Shown here piece by piece: positions 43,533-55,812 of a stretch of 64,000 nt of DNA (position 1 is the first letter of the stretch; the number at the start of each line of letters is the position of its first letter). A model generated the notes under the pieces. The model had not been told where the DNA came from, did no database searches, and worked only from the letters and a program-made list of their open reading frames with translations. A program made the position numbers and the translations under genes. The DNA is from Laetmonice hystrix (Eukaryota), in NCBI GenBank assembly GCA_965235115.1, contig OZ249439.1, positions 14,508,001-14,572,000 on the forward strand, read 5' to 3'.

Positions 43533-44348
43533 GATCCCAAATGACACATTCCATATACTACTGCTATAGCCGGTCAGTGGAACCCTACAATGACAGTCGG
43601 AGAGGCGGTGTCACTCCGACACACGCCCGGCCACAGTCCACAGCAGTCCGGGCTAGAGCAATCCGTCCCGTCTCGGACCCAAAGGTCGTTTTTATATTCG
43701 GAGATCGACAATCTGGCTGCTTCGACCAAGTAGGTACTAAAACCGTGCCGCTAATCTTCCGTTCTGATGACTTGTCGTTGGTATTTACTGTAGGAGCGGG
43801 TCGAGCATTGACAAGGCGGGCACACCGACTGATCGAGGACCCCGATAATATCAGGCTGGCTGACGATGCCCACAATAACGGAGGCAATCCGCTCGGCGCC
43901 CTTGGCCTCACACTGTCAGCTTTATGAGCCGGGGGTGAGCAGGGCGTACTCGTATTGGTCGTATGACCTCAATCCCAGCGATGGCCGACGTTCGAGCCAA
44001 CCCCCACGGGGGTGAGCTAGACAGGCGTTCCGACACGGCCAAGACCTTTTGGCGGACTCTGGGGCCAGGAAAAGCAGCAGTCTATATGCCGCACAACGCA
44101 ACTATAAACTCAACCACAGTCGGTTTCCAGGAATATCTGGCAGTAAATGTCGGTACCCCGAGATGGTCCCTCCGAGAGACCAGTGGTCCGCAGTGAAAAC
44201 TTACACCTCGGCCACTTTAATTACTAAATCTAGTAGAGGAGATATAGCCAATAATCATTAATATGTTGATTTATAAAGTTGTATTGTTTTTAATCTCGGA
44301 ACCGATCAAAGAGTCCGAGCCATTCAACCCCACACGTCTATACTAGCC

Positions 44349-46048
44349 TGTGTGTGCACTGGGTGACCTTATGATAATAATGTACGTGTGTATAATACCC
44401 TGTATGTGCACTGGCTGACCTTATGATAATAATGTACGTGTGTATAATACCCTGTATGTGCACTGGCTGACCTTATGATAATAATGTACGTGTGTATAAT
44501 ACCCTGTATGTGCACTGGCTGACCTTATGATAATAATGTACGTGTGTATAATACCCTCTATGTGCACTGGCTGACCTTATGATAATAATGTACGTGTGTA
44601 TAATACCCTGTGTGTGCACTGACTGACCTTATGATAATAATGTACGTGTGTATAATACCCTGTATGTGCACTGGCTGACCTTATGATAATAATGTACGTG
44701 TGTATAATACCCTGTATGTGCACTGGGTGACCTTATGATAATAATGTACGTGTGTATAATACCCTGTATGTGCACTGGCTGACCTTATGATAATAATGTA
44801 CGTGTGTATAATACCCTGTATGTGCACTGGCTGACCTTATGATAATAATGTACGTGTGTATAATACCCTGTATGTGCACTGGCTGACCTTATGATAATAA
44901 TGTACGTGTATATAATACCCTGTGTGTGCACTGGCTGACCTTATGATTAATGTACGTGTGTATAATATACCCTGCATGTGCACTGGCTGACCTTATGATA
45001 ATAATGTACGTGTGTATAATACCCTGTATGTGCACTGGCTGACCTTATGATAATAATGTACGTGTATATAATACCCTGTGTGTGCACTGGCTGACCTTAT
45101 GATTAATGTACGTGTGTATAATATACCCTGTATGTGCACTGACTGACCTTATGATAATAATGTACGTGTGTATAATACCCTGTATGTGCACTGGCTGACC
45201 TTATGATAATAATGTACGTGTGTATAATACCCTGTATGTGCACTGGCTGACCTTATGATAATAATGTACGTGTGTATAATACCCTGTATGTGCACTGGCT
45301 GACCTTATGATAATAATGTACGTGTGTATAATACCCTGTATGTGCACTGGCTGACCTTATGATAATAATGTACGTGTGTATAATACCCTCTATGTGCACT
45401 GGCTGACCTTATGATAATAATGTACGTGTGTATAATACCCTGTGTGTGCACTGGCTGACCTTATGATAATAATGTACGTGTGTATAATACCCTGTATGTG
45501 CACTGGCTGACCTTATGATAATAATGTACGTGTGTATAATACCCTGTATGTGCACTGGGTGACCTTATGATAATAATGTACGTGTGTCTAATACCCTGTG
45601 TGTGCACTGGCTGACCTTATGATAATAATGTACGTGTGTATAATACCCTGTGTGTGCACTGGCTGACCTTATGATAATAATGTACGTGTGTATAATACCC
45701 TGTATGTGCACTGGCTGACCTTATGATATTAATGTACGTGTGTATAATACCCTGTATGTGCACTGGGTGACCTTATGATAATAATGTACGTGTGTATAAT
45801 ACCCTGTGTGTGCACTGGCTGACCTTATGATAATAATGTACGTGTGTATAATACCCTGTGTGTGCACTGACTGACCTTATGATAATAATGTACGTGTGTA
45901 TAATACCCTGTATGTGCACTGGCTGACCTTATGATAATAATGTACGTGTGTATAATACCCTGTATGTGCACTGGCTGACTTATGATAATAATGTACGTGT
46001 GTATAATACCCTGTATGTGCACTGGCTGACCTTATGATAATAATGTAT
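44349..46048. repeat. Tandem array, 52-bp unit, about 32 copies
   Basis: Unit gtgcactggctgaccttatgataataatgtacgtgtgtataataccctgtat. Confidence 0.97.
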
Positions 46049-47923
46049 ACCTGCCGGTCGGGGTAGACCGCTCGAGTCACGACCAATATACAAACCACTC
46101 AACATTTGTGACCTTTATACTTACTATGAGTTCAGATTCAAACTCTTTGAAACCGAGATATACTCCAGTTTGAAAGATATTTATGGTGGATGGAACTTCG
46201 GAGAAGCTGGCGTTGGAAAACCTTTTGGGGTGTCTGTCGGGGGATGGGATGGTGTACCTGGATTGGGGGGAGAATCTAGGGGTGGGTGGTAAGGATATAG
46301 GAGTGGCGGGGGTGTATTATAAGAGAGGGGCGCCTAAGGTGGTTGACCTCATCAACAAGGGTGGTTGAATTTCAGGCCTGAGAGGGGCATCTACTAGATG
46401 GATTCCCCTTGCTACCTCTGTTGATTGACGCTGATGGCTTCCTCAGAAGCAGATCAGTTTCTCGCCAGGTTAGCCTGACACAAAGAGCGCTCCGCCGTTT
46501 ATTGGTAGGCATCCTTGGGTCTATATAAACAGGAGTCGGGCTGTCAGAGCCCCCCCCCCCCCGGCATCCTGTCCGCCCAGTCCATCCCCCGCCCCGCCCG
46601 GTCTGGTGGCCCGCTCCGTCCTCCGGTATGACCATCGCCGCCTACACGTGCACGCTCACCGACTTCCTAGAAATCATCCGGCCAATCGAATTTCACAATG
46701 TTTTCTTTCCACTCAAGGAATCTTTGATGAAATCAGTTCAACATCGGAACTTCTCGTTCCCACTCGGGAGGAACCAATTGAGCGAAGTGGGTGCGCTACG
46801 GGACCCAGCAATCCACCAATGAACCATTGTACTTGCCATAGCGGCCCTTGGTTACCCCACTACTTGGGGGTAGACTGGGTTAGAATCTTGTCGATAAATC
46901 TTGCGTGTGTCTCCGAATATGTATGCGTGTGGGTGGTGGTGGGACGGTGGGCATGGGGTTGTCTAGCGCTGACCTATAACATTTAACTTTGACCTTTGGC
47001 ATGTGGCGTTGGTCCATGGCATGTCGCCAATGAGAAGTGTGTTATATTTTAGGTGGCTATTCACTTGACTATACGAGTCAACAGGTTAAACAATACTGGG
47101 CAATACTCAGCCAGCAAGATTAACTTTAAGTCTCAAGACGGCATAGAAAAGCGAAAAGTTTGATCCTCTGGTAAAGTGGAACGAGTGGCTAATCTATTGA
47201 TTTGGCGCGGAGGGTTGAGGTAGGGGTCTGTACGTGGCAGAAAGAACGTGTCAAGAAATCAACTAAGAACGCAGGATTTTAAAGGTATACAAATGATATT
47301 ATTCACTTTAATCTCTATATTCTCGATAAGGCCCAATTCGTATTAATAATATCCATATACGCGTTCTCCTAAAGAACGGGTTGTGAAGGGTATGCTATAG
47401 GTTAACATACTCGGGTTCAGGGACGGGTTATTTTGACGTGGAAGAATGGGCGACTACCCTGGATCGCTTCCGGGTCATTCACGCTTTGTACCACCCTGAC
47501 GAAAGATCAGAGGTCATGTTCGATGGGTCCAGTTGAAGGGTAGTTTTGGGGTGTCAGGGGTGGGGTATGTGCTCGAGTCTAAAAAAGGTGTGCGTTTCTA
47601 TCACAACCTTTCCATCCAACAGATGGTGGCATACTGAGGTGGCGAAGACATAAGCCGTAATATGAGAAAGTTTTCTAGACACGTTGTGGAGACGTGCCGA
47701 TCCTTCAATACGTGCACAGATATGGGACCACTCTCTCCTGCCCCGCCTCCCCCGGCACTTGGATACTATCTAATGCCTTGACTGCGGGAGGGATGGAGAA
47801 ATTATACGACCACCTTACTGCACCTTCTTGCTCAGCCAGGGCGTGTTGAAGGAGCAAAGATAACGTGAGGCCGCCTCGGGGCCTGGCACTTCTCAGCTGC
47901 AGGACTTGCCCGTCAAAACACAT

Positions 47924-48073
47924 TACACCTTCCCCTCTGGTCCCAGGTCGGCCAGCCCCACCCTGGCCCAACCATGGCGGCCCAAACAAACTCGGTACAC
48001 CTTGCCCTCTGGTCCCAGGTCGGCCAGCCCCACCCTGGCCCAACCATGGCGGCCCAAACAAACTCGGTACACC
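47924..48073. repeat. 72-bp tandem duplication
   Basis: ccctctggtcccagg... begins at 47933 and 48005. Confidence 0.92.
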
Positions 48074-49742
48074 TGAGGGCTGCCGACCGCCAGCTCAGGC
48101 CAGATGACCGAGCCGGGCTGCAACCAGCCGTCACCCTCGGCCGGGTGTTTCAAGTGTTGGCAGATATCAGGAGACGAGTGCCGCCATGTTTATAGTTACT
48201 ATCTGGCAATCAGAGCCACCTTGTGTCAGGAACTCGTTACCACCTGCTGAACCCCAAAACCTCAGTCCGTCAAGAATAACGACAGGTTAGGTGTGAATGG
48301 CGGCAGGGTTCACGGGAAAGTCTTCTCGACCTATTTTGAAATGTTGCTTGTCTGGTTTAGACTGAAAATGTCAACATCCTTATGCTAATAAAAATATAAA
48401 CATATGTATTACATATTGATATAAGGGGTTGTTTAACAGGTCGCGTCCAGAATAAATACACAGTGTGGTTGTCAGAGCCCGAAGACATTGCGACTAAGAG
48501 GTCGTGATCCAATAAACGATCTAATGTCCGTGCCAATTTGTCTGCAATTCTGTACCTAAAGGACGGAATCTAATATGGTCTGTGAGAGTGGATGGTATGC
48601 AAACATGGCATGGTCGATCTAAGCCTGTAAGCGCAGAGTCGCAAGCAACCCTCAAGGAATATCGGATATTGGATCATAGCGTTAAATATTTGTAAACAGT
48701 TTGCCCGAACCCATCCTCTTGGTACCTTTGTATTGAGATGTAGAGGAGGCCGCACTGCCGTTATAAACACACACCATCCATCCATTGGATGAGATGATCA
48801 CATGAGGTCCATCCACACTGATGACGACATCATGCCGGGACTCGAGACGAGTTATACCTACCGACCTGAGTCCATTATACACGCTCGTGTAATGTGTACA
48901 TCATCATCATCCATAATTTCAACCAGGGAGTTCACAACCGTGCTCTCGGCAATGTCTTCCACGCATTCAGATCGAGGCATTCTCTACAAGAAGCCTGGTA
49001 ACGCCCTCATCCTATTTCCCACGGACTTTGAGGGTGATACCCTCCCAACCTATATCCCAACACGATATTGGCTCACAGGGTGCCTGCGTAATAAATAACC
49101 TTTATGGGTCGATATGGAAGCGGGAATGCAAAGATGGGTGGCCACTCGCTCGGTCCTCGGACCAAGTTAAACCTCACAATGAAGACATACGAAAATGGGT
49201 AACACGAGAGAGCTTATTGGGATGATGACTTCTACATTGGGCGTTAGGGACACCTCCATTTATCTGGACGCTGACATTCCAGACAAACACGAGCATCCGT
49301 TACACTGATCCAGGGTTCCTCCTGACGTGAGTGACAGCCTTCATGTAGCACGTTCTGTATAAACAGTTTTCTAATACTTGATGCGGTCCACGTGCACTTA
49401 CTTCATGCTGGCAATTGGTGGAGCTTGGAGCTTCCTACAAACTAGAGCTTAAACCAGGTCCCTCAGAAACACAACTACTAACCAAGTGATCACACATATA
49501 TAACTTTAACATTATCTTCACGACCGAACAGATTTTTGATTATAACTAAAATATATGCTTCAGATTTTGTTGTACTATCACAGAGGAGACATTTCAGGCA
49601 AGGAGGAGGAAGAAAATATAACATGAAGTACCTAATTGAAAGGTCAATGATGGAACTTATTATACCATAGATAATACCAGACAACTCACAGAGGTGTCAA
49701 ACGTCTTCTATACAGTAGCATCAATGGTCTCTCTCTATGGTA

Positions 49743-50367
49743 ACCGATCGGGGAGGGGGCACAGGGTTGTCCATAAAGTCCCAAGTCGGACCGATCGGGG
49801 AGGGGGCAGAGGGTTGTCCGTAAAGTCCCAAGTCGGGCCGATCGGGAAGGGGGCAGAGGGTTGTCCATAAAGTCCCAAGTCGGACCGATCGGGGAGGGGG
49901 CACAGGGTTGTCCGTAAAGTCCCAAGTCGGACCGATCGGGGAGGGGGCAGAGGGTGGCCGGTAAAGTCCCAAGTCGGACCGATCGGGGAGGGGGCATAGG
50001 GTTGCCCGTAAAGTCCCAAGTCGGACCGATCGGGGAGGGGGCAGAGGGTTGCCCGTAAAGTCCCAAGTCGGACCGATCGGGGAGGGGGCAGAGGGTTGCC
50101 CGTAAAGTCCCAAGTTGGACCGATCGGGGAGGGGGCAGAGGGTTGCCCGTAAAGTCCCAAGTCGGACCGATCGGGGAGGGGGTAGAGGGTTGCCCATAAA
50201 GTCCCAAGTCGGACCGATATAGGGGAGGGGGCAGGGGGTTGCCCGTAAAGTCCCAAGTCGGAAGCGATATAGGGGAGGGGGCAGAGGGTTGCCCGTAAAG
50301 TCCCAAGTCGAAAGCGATATAGGGGAGGGGGCAGAGGGTTGCCCGTAAAGTCCCAAGTCGAAAGCGA
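49743..50367. repeat. G-rich tandem array, 47-bp unit, about 13 copies
   Basis: Unit gggttgcccgtaaagtcccaagtcggaccgatcggggagggggcaga; last copies diverged. Confidence 0.95.
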
Positions 50368-53318
50368 TGATCAGATCAATACAGTGGCAATGGGTGCCGG
50401 CGGTGCTATCAATGCGAACACAGGGGCCGTCCGTGTTAGAGGTGTCCAGTAGATAACTAGCTGACATCACGAGGGAACTGTTGCCAGTATAAACCATACT
50501 TCGCCTCCCGTTTGTTTGTATCTCAGGGAGCAGAGCCGGGGGTATGTGAGGAAAACTGTCGCCTACCTACTCTACAGATCGGTGGATACTCTTCCACTTC
50601 CAGTGGCGGGTGGGGCCATTCCTTCCTCTGGATATTAAAAACGATCCAATCCTTTATATCTGACTCTGCTGTCCATTTGTCCGAGTCCATCCCTGGGCTA
50701 TGGTGATCAGTTGTCTCGTGTACTCTGTGTATTGTTTTGGATGACTATTGGATGACATGGTCGATCTACGCTTGGAAGCGTAGAATCGCAAGCGACCCTC
50801 AAGGAATATCGGAGGTTTGTGTTCCAAATTTGCAATAAGAATATTTTGAGATACTCGACATCACTCTTATGACTGTGTGTTTTCTTGTGTATTTTCTAGT
50901 CGACATGGCGAGAAGAACAATAGCAAGCCTAGCGGAAACCACTAATATCTCCAGGTATGTAAGTGCTCTCTCTATATGATTACTGATTTCAACTCGTTCA
51001 GCAGTCAGCAGTCTATCAGCCATCGGTAGCTGATAGACAAGCACTATTTTCGCAATGAATGTTTTCTTTTTTCTTTTTTTTAATTATCCATCGACGATGG
51101 TATTTGTCTATATGTAAATGAGATTTACACAATGTATGCGAGCGGTACTCGCCATTGGGTCGTGCCTTCTGTATGACTGCGCTAGACCTTCCATCGATAG
51201 TGTGGGCGACACGCACCCTCCCGTGTCTAACAGCCAACCAATGACACCACAGGGAGGAGATCGCCTAAGCGGCGGCACATTGGTCGCTTTGTGGAGGAAA
51301 TGGTGGCCTCGCAAGAAAATGGACTCCTGGCCATTATCCTCGCTCTTTGAGTTGAAAAATGAGCAGTGCTGTAAACGGCCCGTGATGTGGCCAGTGCCAA
51401 GATATCAATCGCGTCGAGACATGTTTCCATGCAGCTGAGAACCTCATAAAACATTTTGATTCGCTGTAGGCAGTGTTTTATATGTAGGCGCCCACACTGT
51501 ATAAACGTAGTGACTTGGAGACGGTTACCAACAGTATTGACATACGCTCCCCAGGCCCAATCACCGCATTCAGCGCCCCGGATGGGTTTGCCCAGCAGGC
51601 GGCTCCTGATCCACAGATATAGGTGGCGTGGCCGTCGACTGGCAGTCTCCAGCACTCTCCAATGGCAATCTACATTAATATGGGCACAGACAGACGACCT
51701 AGGCCTTAAGGATGCGATTGCTCTTTTTTCTATTCTTTTTTCCCCAATGCTGAATTGACACTAAGAGGGAGCTTTCCCATGTACACAATCGACCTCTATT
51801 GACGTACTCTGAAAAATATCTCTGGCCTTGGCGCATGGTTATTCTCGCCTCCCCACACCAGGTCAATCTCCACTTCGATCATCCCATTTAGCTAGCGTTT
51901 GTGGTCTGAATCGAAAGGACCCTCCTTAATTTATGTCTGTTCCCGGAGGCACTCAAGTCTAAAGGGCACGCCACCCGACTCTATATAAATCCGGCGAAGT
52001 GGCGCTAATAAGCTATGGCTACTGGCCTTGAGGACGTTTTAGTGGAGTCAATGTCCATGGGACTACGGGGACCACCGAATAATCAGCAGGGGTGGAGAGT
52101 GCCATTGGTATGTAAGTCCAGGTAAAGATAGCCAGGGTGGGGGAAGCCGGAGATATTTGGGGGGTGGGTGGATGGAAGGACTACTGTCAGCGAGAGAGTA
52201 GGGGAGATAAATGGCGTAAAAAGATAAATGGGGACAAGTGAAAAGAGCTGAGAGAGAATAAGGTAAAGACGACAGCGACACCTGGTGGATGAGTGGGCAG
52301 GAGACTCGCCGGGTGAATTGTGCAAGGGTAGCGAGGAGGAAAGATAAAGATATGAACATTGGATCGGAGGATGGCGGATGATAGGCTGTCAGAAAAACAT
52401 AACAGGAAAATAAATATGAGATACACGAGGAAAGCACAGAATGTGTGAAAGGGAGAAGGCATTTTCCAAAGGACTGATAGTGAGTAGGCAGAGATTATGA
52501 ATCCTGATGACACATCTTACCCAAGCACAATCAGAATGTGGTGATAACTTTGCACTATGTTGGAAGGCCATATTTGTATCAAACGAACCAAAATTAAAAA
52601 AAGAAAATACAAAGAGAAAAGAGTTGAGTAATCCGGATAAAGTCCAGACGAAAGAGACGCCGCCATAAAGCACAGACATATCGCATTCTGTGAGAGCTAT
52701 CCACCAGATCAATAAGCCAATCATGGCGCGCTGAATCGGAAGCACTACGGCACGTTTTTCACCTACATCCGCTGGTCTGTGGCAAGTCACCCACGCACAG
52801 CTAATTGGCGGCAACAGCAGTGGTGCTGGGATCACTTTGTGAAGGCGACCATGTTGGCTAAGGAAATTAGCGTAACGTCCTGGGTACCTCAAACCCAGCA
52901 CACTACTTCGATCGTGTTTCTGTGGATCGATCCTAGCATGGATCCAACCCGAACCCAGAACGGGTATTTATAACCATCTGCTCTGGCTGCTACAGCTGTC
53001 CCGCGGTTATGTAATAGCATCTGTATTCCAAAGTCACTGGTGAAGAAGGGTGCGATCCTTTAGAACGGCCAACCGCATTGATTTACTAAAATGGCGAGAT
53101 CACTGCTGGCGAGAAGCCACAAAGACTATTGATGAAGACATTAACGACAAATTTGCGATAATTGGAAATCGGATATAGAATGAATTTTTATCAAGTTCGT
53201 TAAAAAGCTGGTGGCATGTCGTAATAATCCATAATGTACACAGAGAACGCTATATTAACAGAAATAATGTGTGAGGCGTCTTGAAATGCGTGAGATCAAT
53301 GTCGGTTCAAATGACATT

Positions 53319-54264
53319 GTGGAGCAGATGGAAAATAGCAATGGTACACATACACTGGTGGAGCAGATGGAAAATAGCAATGGTACACAGATACTGGTGG
53401 AGCAGATGGAAAATAGCAATGGTACACAGATACTGGTGGAGCAGATGGAAAATAGCAATGGTACACAGATACTGGTGGAGCAGATGGAAAATAGCAATGG
53501 TACACATATGTGGTGGAGCAGATGGAAAATAGCAATGGTACACATATACTGGTGGAGCAGATGGAAAATAGCAATGGTACACAGATACTGGTGGAGCAGA
53601 TGGAAAATAGCAATGGTACACAGATACTGGTGGAGCAGATGGAAAATAGCAATGGTACACAGATACTGGTGGAGCAGATGGAAAATAGCAATGGTACACA
53701 TATATGGTGGAGCAGATGGAAAATAGCAATGGTACACATATACTGGTGGAGCAGATGGAAAATAGCAATGGTACACAGATACTGGTGGAGCAGATGGAAA
53801 ATAGCAATGGTACACAGACACTGGTGGAGCAGATGGAAAATAGCAATGGTACACATATGTGGTGGAGCAGATGGAAAATAGCAATGGTACACATATACTG
53901 GTGGAGCAGATGGAAAATAGCAATGGTACACAGATACTGGTGGAGCAGATGGAAAATAGCAATGGTACACAGATACTGGTGGAGCAGATGGAAAATAGCA
54001 ATGGTACACAGATACTGGTGGAGCAGATGGAAAATAGCAATGGTACACATATATGGTGGAGCAGATGGAAAATAGCAATGGTACACATATACTGGTGGAG
54101 CAGATGGAAAATAGCAATGGTACACAGATACTGGTGGAGCAGATGGAAAATAGCAATGGTACACAGACACTGGTGGAGCAGATGGAAAATAGCAATGGTA
54201 CACAGATACTGGTGGAGCAGATGGAAAATAGCAATGGTACACAGATACTGGTGGAGTAGATGGA
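53319..54264. repeat. Tandem array, 39/38-bp unit, about 24 copies, with higher-order structure
   Basis: Unit ggtggagcagatggaaaatagcaatggtacacagatact; a 38-bp variant occurs at monomers 5, 10, 14 and 19. Confidence 0.96.
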
Positions 54265-54534
54265 AGCTTTCACTTGATTAAAGGGTAGGGATGACGTCAT
54301 GTATGGCTTTAGAACCTAAAGATGCAGTGTGTAAGGAGAAAGAAAACCTATACGTATGCCTATCCCATTGAGGGGCTGGAGTTTAGGGATCACCATGCCC
54401 AGTTGAGGCCAGGAATTTGGTATTATCACACAAGGCCGATAGCCGGTCTTTAAGAGCAGTTAAGGGTCGGTAATTAGGACGATCCCACAGAGTGGAGTGA
54501 TAGTAATTTGATCTGACCACGACGGACAGATGCA

Positions 54535-54722
54535 TCAATTAGGTCTGACCAAATTCTGCTGAGAGATAGTAATTAGGACTGACCAAACTCTACTGGGGGA
54601 CGGTAATTAGGACTGACCAAACTCTGCTGGGGGACGGTAATTAGGACTGACCAAACTCTGCTGGGGGACGGTAATTAGGACTGACCAAACTCTACTGGGG
54701 GACGGTAATCACGACTGACCAC
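54535..54722. repeat. Tandem array, 34-bp unit, about 5.5 copies
   Basis: Unit ggtaattaggactgaccaaactctrctgggggac. Confidence 0.9.
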
Positions 54723-55467
54723 CCCAGAAAAAGGTCGACAAGGCATGACCAACATGTTGTATCGCGTGTTACAAACGTCTAGTGCCAGATACTTCCATGC
54801 CATTTCACATACAATTAGGGTCTAATGACCAAACTCAACATCGCCAATATCCCTTTGGGAAGGATGGCGGCGTTACCTGTCTGCTTGACCAACGAATGCC
54901 GTGCAACATCCGTCTGGCGAATCATCATGAATAAAATAGAAGATGCCCTTTTATTCCTGAAATAATGACTGCAGCCAAAGGGTTATGGAGGCCTTCCAAA
55001 TGAGTCCATGCCCCTCATTGTGAGTGGATTATATTATTACAATACGTCCCAACTAGAGATGCCGACAAAAGATGGACAATGTTTTATCCAGTGTTACGGA
55101 GAGAACCTCTTCTTGCAATTGACCTGTCCGTTCGTACCCGGATGTTCGGATAACATAGCTCCGTGAGTGAGCCTCACCGGAAGTGAGGGCTACGGATGAA
55201 CATTGAGTGCAGGAAACGGAAGAAATCAAGAGTTGCAGCCATGGAAACACGGCCAGGTGCCTCGAGCCACCGCGCCCAGATCTAATTGTCGGAGCCACCC
55301 AATGGGATTGTGCTTAGCTTCCCGCCATCTCGCATTCCTTCGGTGCCCGTAATTCAATTAATGCGTCTTGAGCCCGTCGGTCAATAGAGTAAAGAAAACA
55401 CCGTACTACGGTACTACCACCGCCTTGACACACACGACTTAATGAAGCTTATCGTCGTCAAACAAAC

Positions 55468-55472
55468 ATGTT
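55468..55472. repeat. Target site duplication, left copy (ATGTT)
   Basis: Identical to 62460-62464 and sits exactly where the hairpin stem stops. Confidence 0.88.
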
Positions 55473-55563
55473 TATAACGTACATCCCGATCTAGAAATGT
55501 TCCCCATCGATCATCCTGACGTCGATCGATGGGGAACATTTCTAGATCGGGATGTACGTTATA
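55473..55563. repeat. Perfect 40-bp-stem hairpin with 11-nt loop, made of two opposed LTR 3' ends
   Basis: 55473-55512 is the exact reverse complement of 55524-55563. 55502-55528 is also the exact reverse complement of 62388-62414. Confidence 0.95.
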
Positions 55564-55812
55564 GTAAACTCTGTGGCCACGAGAGCTCGGGAAAAAGGAA
55601 GCCAGTGACAGTGGACGGCGTGGTCATCATCGATGTGTTATTGAAGCCAGTAATCAGCGAGGAGGTGCGGTGAGAACTTCCATTTTGTCAACGAGTGGCA
55701 TGGACTGAGGTCAGTGTGTCTAGGCTGTGAATTTAAGCCAGTAAACAAGTCTTAAAGTCAGCAGGGTGCGTTTCGCTGCTAGTGATCAGTGTCACAGTGA
55801 CAGTGTTCAGTT

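Noticed and set aside
42652-43554. Mucin-like ORFs of about 300 aa (TTTTSTLTQRYEP and others)
   Set aside because: Product of a 39-bp unit with no stop triplet on the minus strand; open in four frames at once, with no splice signals or non-repetitive coding flanks.
43541-44200. GC-rich ORFs with vague resemblance to a Gypsy protease flank; gttcgagcc B-box-like word
   Set aside because: No DTG/DSG motif, no A-box or cloverleaf; cannot be supported.
53255-54300. Long Cys/His/Trp-rich ORFs
   Set aside because: Repeat-derived; the 38-bp monomers shift the frame, which argues against coding constraint.
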